A stretch of 64,000 bases of DNA from an uncultured Acidobacteriaceae bacterium (lineage in GTDB: Bacteria > Acidobacteriota > Terriglobia > Terriglobales > Acidobacteriaceae): contig OY969908.1 of the NCBI GenBank assembly GCA_963704415.1, positions 3,258,860-3,322,859 of the forward strand. The letters are read 5' to 3'. The position numbers were made by a program, and so were the translations under genes. Shown piece by piece: positions 57,227 through 64,000 of this stretch. The notes under the pieces were generated by a model. That model worked only from the letters and a program-made list of their open reading frames with translations. It was not told the DNA's origin and searched no databases. Every line of letters starts with the position of its first letter. Positions within the stretch are counted from its first letter, which is position 1.

Positions 57227-58474
57227 CTAGCTGTAGCGCAGCCAGCGCATCAATTCCGGCAACGTCGCGCGCTTTCCATACATGAGAATGCCCACCCGAT
57301 AGAGCCGTGCGGAGAACCACAACACCAGCCAGACACTCAAGATCAGCAGTCCGATCGAAACTGCAAGCTGCCACGTAGGAGGGATCTCCGAAGCCATGCG
57401 CAGAAACATGATGACCGGCGCGGTCGGTGGAAAGAACGAGGCTGCCACGGACCAGAAGGAGTTCGAGTCGTTAATGATCAGCAGGATCAGGGCGAAGCTT
57501 AGCCACGTTGGCGCTGCCGCCAAGGGCATGTACATCTGGAGCTCCTGTTCCGTCTCGCACGTTGCGGCAAGGCCGGCAAACAGGGAACTGTACAGCAGAT
57601 AGCCGAGCACGAAGTACACCGGAAACAGAACAGCTTCAGTCCACGTGAAGTGCACTGCAAATTCGCCAGTCATGAGGACTGCCGCGAGCGGCGAGAACAG
57701 AATCACCGCGCCAGCCGCCAGCCAAATGGCAATCTGCGTCAATCCCACAGCGCCTACGCCGATCAGTTTTCCCGCCAGCATGTCGCCGGGCTTTGCAATC
57801 GCCAGCATCACTTCAAAGATGCGCGATGTCTTCTCCTGAATGATTGAACGGGCCACGTTCATGCCATAAATCATCGTGGTCATCGACAACAGAAAGGCCA
57901 TTACATAGCCCTTCCAGAGCGAGGCCTCGGCGTTGGTCTTCACCAGGCTTCCGTCCTTTTTCACCTGGAGCGTGTTCAGTGCGACGCCGTCCACGAGCCT
58001 GTCCGCATCCCCTTGCTTCATTCCGCCGCCCATCAACTGCTCATCCAGCACCGCGTGCGTCAATGCCGATTTCAGCCGCGCCGCGGTAATAAAATCTCCC
58101 GAGGATTGAGAGATGAACGCGCCGACGGGTGTTTTCCCCGGCGCCGCATCCACCCAAAGCAGTCCATCCAGCTGGTCGGATTGCACCTGCTTCACAAGTT
58201 GCGCGCGTTTCTGCGGCGTCGGCTGCGTAATCACATCGACTCGTGCCTTGGCTTCTTTATCGCCGACGAGCTGATTGCGAATCTCGGTTGCCAGCGCCGG
58301 ATCGGACGCCACAACGGCCATATGCCGGTTCGCGCCCAGGCCGAGGCTGGATAGATACCCGACGCCGAGAATCAGCGCAAACACTCCGGGCAGGCCAATG
58401 GTCGTCATCCGGAAAGCTCGTCCGCGCACTTGCTCCAAATATTCGCGTCTTGCGATGAGCAGAATATTACGCAT
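57227..58474 (-). CDS. ABC-2 exporter permease (NatB-like)
   Basis: IARREYLEQVR, IIQEKTSRIFEVML, MLAGKLIG; about 6 TM segments. Confidence 0.88.
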   Translation of the reverse strand: MRNILLIARREYLEQVRGRAFRMTTIGLPGVFALILGVGYLSSLGLGANRHMAVVASDPALATEIRNQLVGDKEAKARVDVITQPTPQKRAQLVKQVQSDQLDGLLWVDAAPGKTPVGAFISQSSGDFITAARLKSALTHAVLDEQLMGGGMKQGDADRLVDGVALNTLQVKKDGSLVKTNAEASLWKGYVMAFLLSMTTMIYGMNVARSIIQEKTSRIFEVMLAIAKPGDMLAGKLIGVGAVGLTQIAIWLAAGAVILFSPLAAVLMTGEFAVHFTWTEAVLFPVYFVLGYLLYSSLFAGLAATCETEQELQMYMPLAAAPTWLSFALILLIINDSNSFWSVAASFFPPTAPVIMFLRMASEIPPTWQLAVSIGLLILSVWLVLWFSARLYRVGILMYGKRATLPELMRWLRYS

Positions 58475-59369
58475 CCGCTTTGCCTCCCACTGTCCAGATG
58501 AAAATCTCTTCGAGCGATGGCTCGACAATTTCATAGCGGTAGATCGTGGCGCCCGCCGAAGCCTCCTGCAACAACTTTTGCGCGTTGCCGTGCGGCTTGA
58601 GCCGAATTTCCGCATGGCCGGAAAAGTTCTTTGCCTCGGCGATCTCCGGGCTGTTCAGAAACTCCGCACTGCCCTCAAACTCGACCACCACGTGATTCCG
58701 CTCGTAGCGTGACTTGATCTCCCTCATCGTCCCCGTGAGTACCGCTACTCCTTTGTCGATGAGGCAAATCGAATCGCAGAGCTTCTCCACCTGGTCCATG
58801 CGATGGGTCGAAAACACAATCGCTTTGCCTTGATCTTTCAGTTCGAGAAGCGTCTTCTCCAGCAGCTTGGCGTTCACCGGATCGAGTCCGCTGAATGGCT
58901 CATCCATCACGATCAGCCCTGGGTCGTGGAGCAGCGATCCGATGAACTGGATCTTCTGCTGCATGCCCTTGGAAAGCTCTTCGGTTTTCTTGCCCAGGGT
59001 CTCATCGATCTCCAGCCTCTTGGCCCAATCCGCGGCCCGCTTGCGCGCTTCAGACGCCTTGAGTCCGTGTAACTCGCCAAAGAATGCGAGTTGCTCGAGC
59101 ACTTTCATCTTCTTGTAGAGGCCGCGTTCCTCCGGCAGATAGCCTACGCGCTCCAGGCTTTTCCGCTCGAATGGTTTTCCGAAGAGGCTCACTTGCCCCG
59201 AGTCGGGAAGGGTGATGCCCATCATCATGCGAATCGAGCTCGTTTTGCCAGCACCATTGGGTCCCAGGAGGCCGAACATCTGGCCGGCTTCAATCGAAAG
59301 ACTCAATTCGCGTACGGCAACTTTGTTCTCGTAGGCCTTGGTCACGCGAACGAGTTCGACAACGGGCAT
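58467..59369 (-). CDS. ABC transporter ATP-binding protein
   Basis: GPNGAGKT, LSKGMQQK signature, MDEPFSGLD, STH. Confidence 0.95.
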   Translation of the reverse strand: MPVVELVRVTKAYENKVAVRELSLSIEAGQMFGLLGPNGAGKTSSIRMMMGITLPDSGQVSLFGKPFERKSLERVGYLPEERGLYKKMKVLEQLAFFGELHGLKASEARKRAADWAKRLEIDETLGKKTEELSKGMQQKIQFIGSLLHDPGLIVMDEPFSGLDPVNAKLLEKTLLELKDQGKAIVFSTHRMDQVEKLCDSICLIDKGVAVLTGTMREIKSRYERNHVVVEFEGSAEFLNSPEIAEAKNFSGHAEIRLKPHGNAQKLLQEASAGATIYRYEIVEPSLEEIFIWTVGGKADA

Positions 59370-59523
59370 CCAATCTCCTGAGATTTTCTGTAATCGAATT
59401 GGGAAGAGACCGTGGCGCTGGTCCGCGAGAAGTGTAGCAAAGGCGCGTCACCCAGTTCGACGCGTCGTATCATGCGGCAATGAGCGCGCAGTTCCGATTC
59501 GATCAGTTGGGCGCCGATCGCGG

Positions 59524-60429
59524 TCAGCTGTGCTTGTTGTAGGCCGGCGGCCCCGCCATCACCAGCGCGCTGCTCTTTTCGCCGTGAATGTAACGGCAGC
59601 ACCAGAATGTTTCATGCATCGGCGCCTCGCCGACCGCGGAGAGTTCCATGTACTGAATCCGGCCGAAGAGGAAGAGGGTCTCCTCCCAGCGCTCCACCTT
59701 CTTCAACACTTCGGGGGTCTTGCAGATCGTTCCCAGATCTTCACGGTTCAGAGCCCAGATGCCCGTGGCTTCGCCGGGGAGGAGAACAATCGGTTCCGGT
59801 TCGTCTCCCGCTTCCACTTTCTCGAACTCCGGTGTCTTGGCCAAGTTGGTTTCATCGACCGCGATCTTCACCTGGTCCACTGAAGAGACGATGCGCGCCG
59901 GGCTGCGTCCGCGATTCGAAGCCATCACTTTGAAGCTGTTTTCCATGGTGAGAAAGGGTTCCACGGTCACCACGATCCACGGCCTCTCCGAGCTGGCAAT
60001 CGCCTGGGCGAGCGCGAGCGCGGCATTGGCGGTGTCCATCGCCACCTTGGTGACGGCGCCCCCCGATTCGAGGTGCTTGTCGATGCTTTTCAATGTGCGC
60101 AGCGCAAGCATGATGCCGACGTAGCCGAGGACGGCAAGCACGATCGTCGCACCCCAGGTGAGTTGCTGCCGCCATCCCCACTCCACCGGGGGCGGCGCCG
60201 GAGGGTTGACGATAATCTGCGGCTGGTTGTTTGTCGGTGTTTCTTCTGATGCCGGATTCGTTTGAGCGCTGCCGTCGGTCGGCGTGGCGGGCTTACGCGG
60301 GGTTCGCGTAACGGAGCCATCAGGGTTCAAATGGGAAGGCGCGGTGTCGGTTGTATCCTGTGCCGCGATTGCCGCGCCTGCGTGCATCAACGCAAACAGC
60401 GCAATCAGTACCGCCCATCGCCTTGACAT
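59524..60429 (-). CDS. Hypothetical membrane protein
   Basis: Signal peptide, Pro/Thr-rich linker, one internal TM, coiled helix and C-terminal globular domain. Confidence 0.65.
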   Translation of the reverse strand: MSRRWAVLIALFALMHAGAAIAAQDTTDTAPSHLNPDGSVTRTPRKPATPTDGSAQTNPASEETPTNNQPQIIVNPPAPPPVEWGWRQQLTWGATIVLAVLGYVGIMLALRTLKSIDKHLESGGAVTKVAMDTANAALALAQAIASSERPWIVVTVEPFLTMENSFKVMASNRGRSPARIVSSVDQVKIAVDETNLAKTPEFEKVEAGDEPEPIVLLPGEATGIWALNREDLGTICKTPEVLKKVERWEETLFLFGRIQYMELSAVGEAPMHETFWCCRYIHGEKSSALVMAGPPAYNKHS

Positions 60430-60598
60430 GATGTACGCACTATAGCAGTTCAATTGCAGCTATTCCGTAAGCTATTGGCAGTGCTGGCTATGTACTTCCG
60501 AGCTACCTCGGCCGGGCATACGGCGAGGACGAACGGAATGCGGAACCGCACGATGGATGTATTCCAGCTCTGAATTTGGACGGGCAAAATCGCGAGAC

Positions 60599-61999
60599 CT
60601 ATGCAGAAGCTGATTCCGAGCCGATGCTCTCGGGTTCGAAAATAACATCCGGTTCGGCCAGCCGGATCAGGCGATGCAGATAAGCACGGGAGATGCCCAG
60701 GCTGCGGGCTGCAAGGGTCTTGTTGCCGTTGTTATCGCGTACAGCGTCGATGGCGAGTTTCACTTTGTAGTCGCGGAGCAGATGTTCGAATGTGCACTCA
60801 GGATTGTATTCGCTGATGTCGATGACCTTGTCCGCGTGCATGTTCAACGGGAGGTCTTCAGAACGGATCGTCAACCCTGGAGCAAGAATAATGGCCCGTT
60901 GAATGGTGTTCTCTAACTCGCGCACATTGCCCGGCCACGGATAGTTTTGCAGGATGCCCATAGCTTCCGTCGAAATCGTCTGCATCGGCTTTTGGAACAT
61001 CTCCGCGTAATGCTTCAAATAGTGGGCGGCAATCTGAGGAATATCTTCCGCATGATCGGCCAGCGCGGGCGAGACGATCTTCATCACGTTGATGCGGTAG
61101 TAGAGATCCTGCCGGAATTTTCCTTCCCCAACCAGTTTCGCCAGATCCTGGTGCGTGGCAAAGATCAGTCGCGCCTTCAGCGGAATCAGCTTGCTGCTCC
61201 CCAACCGGCTGAACTCCATCTGCTGCAGCACGCGCAACAGTTTTACCTGGGTGTAGAGGCTCAGATCGCCAATTTCGTCCAGGAAAAGTGTTCCGTCACG
61301 CGCCTGCTCAAAATAGCCTTCCCGCGCTCCCACCGTCCCGGTAAATGCGCCCTTTTCGTGGCCAAACAACTCGGCTTCAATCAGCGTCTCCGGAATTGCT
61401 CCACAAGAGACGGCCACAAAGGGTTTCTCTGATCGTGAGCCAAGATTGTGGATGGCTCGGGCGATCAGTTCTTTGCCGGTGCCGCTCTCCCCGGTCACCA
61501 GCACGGAAGCATTCAGATTCGCCACGCGGTGAACGAGGTGATATACCTGCCGAATCTGGGGGCTCGAACCAATCAGGCGGTCGCAGTTCGTGACCGCTTC
61601 AGGGCGCTGATGGACTGTCTGCAACTGCCGCTTGAGCAAGGAATTCTCACTCGCCCTGCAGAGCATGGCCTTCAGTTCCCGAATCGAAGGGGGCCGGCGG
61701 CAATAGCCGTAAGCGCCTAGCCGAACCAGTTCAACCGCCGTCGAACGCAGACCATCGTCTGCCATGACGACGGCCGGAATCTCTTGCGCGATAATGCGTC
61801 GCGAGCACTCGACCCGCTCTTTCATCAAGCCGTTGTTTGAATTCAGATCCAGAATCAGTGCGTCGCACTCCCCGGAATCGACCAGGCGCAAGATTTCCCC
61901 TTCGCTCGTCGCTAACGCAACCTGGAAGTCCTTACCCAGGGCAGAAGCAAGAAGGGTTTGTAACGCGCGATCTTCTGAAAGCAGGCCAATCCGGATCAT
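60599..61999 (-). CDS. Sigma54-dependent transcriptional activator (atypical REC-AAA+-Fis HTH)
   Basis: GESGTGKE, ELFGHEKGAFTG, LFLDEIG, FRQDLYYRINV, WPGNVRELEN, NKTLAARSLGISRAYL. Confidence 0.92.
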   Translation of the reverse strand: MIRIGLLSEDRALQTLLASALGKDFQVALATSEGEILRLVDSGECDALILDLNSNNGLMKERVECSRRIIAQEIPAVVMADDGLRSTAVELVRLGAYGYCRRPPSIRELKAMLCRASENSLLKRQLQTVHQRPEAVTNCDRLIGSSPQIRQVYHLVHRVANLNASVLVTGESGTGKELIARAIHNLGSRSEKPFVAVSCGAIPETLIEAELFGHEKGAFTGTVGAREGYFEQARDGTLFLDEIGDLSLYTQVKLLRVLQQMEFSRLGSSKLIPLKARLIFATHQDLAKLVGEGKFRQDLYYRINVMKIVSPALADHAEDIPQIAAHYLKHYAEMFQKPMQTISTEAMGILQNYPWPGNVRELENTIQRAIILAPGLTIRSEDLPLNMHADKVIDISEYNPECTFEHLLRDYKVKLAIDAVRDNNGNKTLAARSLGISRAYLHRLIRLAEPDVIFEPESIGSESASA

Positions 62000-62635
62000 A
62001 GGTAATTTGTCTCTTTTCCCAGTTGCGCCGGAATCAAAGTCGGCGCCGTTTAAAGCACACCCAACGACGGGCCAGACTCTAGGGCCTTCCTTCGGAATTG
62101 AAGAGTCCGCCAGGATGCTTCTTCGGGGAAATGGTTCAAGTTAAGCGTCTTTCGTTAACTTTTTAGAAGGCACCACGTGAACGTGATTTTCGCCGCCTGG
62201 TACCGTTCGGTCAATACCCCACCAGTGACTCTAGGTAACACGGAGGTAACCGTGCGGGCTTGATACGCTTCATTCCGGGAATGCCATTCGACAATCTCCC
62301 GATAATCGGTGAGCGGACCTTTACACTGCCTTCCCCTTGGTCTAAAGTGACACGAACCGTTGAGGCCTGATCCCGAGTCAGGCTCGTCCTATCTGGCACG
62401 ATTGTCCAAATTTAAGAGGACGTTTTGAGCCACGTTGATTTCGTCGGCGCAGAGTGCTTCTTGCTCCCCTGGTGACGCAATGAAGCCGTTTGGGCAGAAT
62501 TCCCCGTCGTCCTGGCGCACTTTTCTTGGTTCGTTTCTGGGTTCGTCATCCGACGTTACCATGGTTGGTCCGAAAGCCGGGTTTCTCTCTCGCCCTCTTA
62601 CCAATCCAGTAAACACCCGGGATACTGTAGTGCAT

Positions 62636-64000
62636 ATGGACGCCACTGCTGCCGAACCTGCCGCCGCCGAGGGTGCGGCCCAAGAAACACCCGCGCCGTG
62701 GGTTCGCCTCTATTCCCGGCACCTGATGAATATGGCCATCCTGGTGATGTTGCCGATGGTGGCGGCAGCCACCTTGAACCGCTCGCGAACCCTCTTCGTC
62801 GACCCCGACATCTGGTGGCACCTTGCGAACGCACGCATCCTCGTCACCGCCCATCACTTCATCCACACAGACCCCTACTCCTTTACTGTGGTCGGGCAGC
62901 CCTGGATCAACTGGGAATGGCTCTCGGAACTGGCCTATTGGTTCAGCTACCAGGCCCTGGGTTTGCGCGGGATCTATGTCGTCACCTGGTTCGCTCTCGC
63001 CGCCAACATCCTCTTCGTCTACTGGCGGGGTTATTGGCTGGGTCGCAGTGCCGACGCGGCTTTGTGGTCGTCCGCCATAGCATTCGTGCTGATGACCGTG
63101 AACTCCGGTCCCCGCATGATCGAGTTCGCCTACCTTGCCATGTCCGCGGAACTGGCGATCCTCGAAGCCGCCGATCGGGGCAACAAGCGCTGGCTCTGGC
63201 TGCTTCCGCCGCTCTTTTGCCTCTGGATCAACCTGCATGGCATGTGGTTCGCGGGTCTGGTTTTGCTCGGGATTTACATTGCCTGCGGCATGGTCCCCGT
63301 GAGCCTGGGAATCTTTGAGCAGAGAGCCTTCACCCCTTCCGAGCGCAACCGGCTCCTGGGCATCTTCGGCGCCTGCGTCGTCGCGCTGTTTGTGAACCCC
63401 TACGGCTGGCACCTGATGTGGAACCCGCTCGACATGATGATGAATCAGAAGCTGAGCGTTTCCACCATCGCCGAATGGCAGCCTTTGAATCTATCCAACA
63501 TGGAAGGCAAGGGCGTTGTCGTCGCCATCGCCGTGATGGTTATAGCCAATTGCATTCGCGGACGAAAATGGAAGATCTACGAGATGGTCTTCGTCTTTCT
63601 CGCTTGGTACGCGGCTGTCGCGCATGTACGCTTTTGCTACTTTGCGGCCGTGCTCACCGCACCCATGCTGGCAAGAGACCTTGCCCGCAGTTTCAGCAGC
63701 GAATCCGATACGAAAACCATTCCGGTGATGAACGGCCTCCTGGCGGCCGGCGCGCTTGGCGTGATGCTGTACATGTTTCCGACCGAGGCGGCTCTCCAGA
63801 AAATGGTGGAAATGATGTTTCCCGTTCATGAAATTGCCGCTATCCAGACGTCGTGGCGCACACTCGACTACGATTATGTCGGCGGCCGTATGGCTTTCCA
63901 GTCCAGGCCCAGCTTCATCGACTCTCGTTTTGACAGCTTCGAACATCTGGGAATCATGAAGGACTACCGAAGCATCATGATGTCCTATAACTCCATTGAG
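62636..64000 (+). CDS. Polytopic membrane protein, 'DPDIWWHL' family, paralog 2; runs off the window end
   Basis: Absent from the ORF track. My translation from ATG 62636 (MDATAAEP...SRHLMNMAIL...DPDIWWHLANARIL...) is colinear with 37246-38787. Confidence 0.8.
   Translation, partial: MDATAAEPAAAEGAAQETPAPWVRLYSRHLMNMAILVMLPMVAAATLNRSRTLFVDPDIWWHLANARILVTAHHFIHTDPYSFTVVGQPWINWEWLSELAYWFSYQALGLRGIYVVTWFALAANILFVYWRGYWLGRSADAALWSSAIAFVLMTVNSGPRMIEFAYLAMSAELAILEAADRGNKRWLWLLPPLFCLWINLHGMWFAGLVLLGIYIACGMVPVSLGIFEQRAFTPSERNRLLGIFGACVVALFVNPYGWHLMWNPLDMMMNQKLSVSTIAEWQPLNLSNMEGKGVVVAIAVMVIANCIRGRKWKIYEMVFVFLAWYAAVAHVRFCYFAAVLTAPMLARDLARSFSSESDTKTIPVMNGLLAAGALGVMLYMFPTEAALQKMVEMMFPVHEIAAIQTSWRTLDYDYVGGRMAFQSRPSFIDSRFDSFEHLGIMKDYRSIMMSYNSIE

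Noticed and set aside
62389-62646. 85-aa minus ORF in the divergent gap
   Set aside because: No RBS or motif, and it overlaps the start of the plus-strand membrane gene.
1-64000. tRNA, rRNA, CRISPR arrays, transposase or integrase genes
   Set aside because: None were recognised by eye; a tRNAscan/Infernal run would be needed to exclude small RNAs.

Overview
This looks like core chromosome of a high-GC bacterium; gene content and repeat style suggest Acidobacteriaceae (inference). Two parS-type palindromes at 2.4-2.5 kb suggest it lies near the replication origin. Housekeeping genes are nagA, nfo, leuS, acpS, xseA, glmM, polA and queA. Also present are a HigBA toxin-antitoxin pair, a PAS/GAF hybrid kinase with a CheY-like protein and an Hpt protein, and an ABC-2 exporter. 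The right half holds a Tad/Flp (type IVc) pilus locus: two flp pilins plus a probable decayed third, cpaB, cpaC, cpaA, cpaE, tadA, tadB and tadC. It has sigma54-type promoters, a nearby atypical sigma54 activator, a DUF192-PilZ fusion and a TonB-C-like protein. Around it is an expanded lipid-linked glycosylation set: four GT87/DUF2029-like genes, two GT2 genes and two 'DPDIWWHL' polytopic membrane paralogs. The most striking unannotated element is a tandem triplet of 31-aa single-transmembrane microproteins directly after tadC. They have strong ribosome-binding sites and almost only synonymous divergence, and the ORF track misses them. Other observations are a ~110-120 bp MITE-like repeat (4 copies), a REP-like hairpin family, a frameshifted S1/P1 nuclease and many apparently leaderless genes. 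All calls come from motif recognition by eye; no database searches were run.
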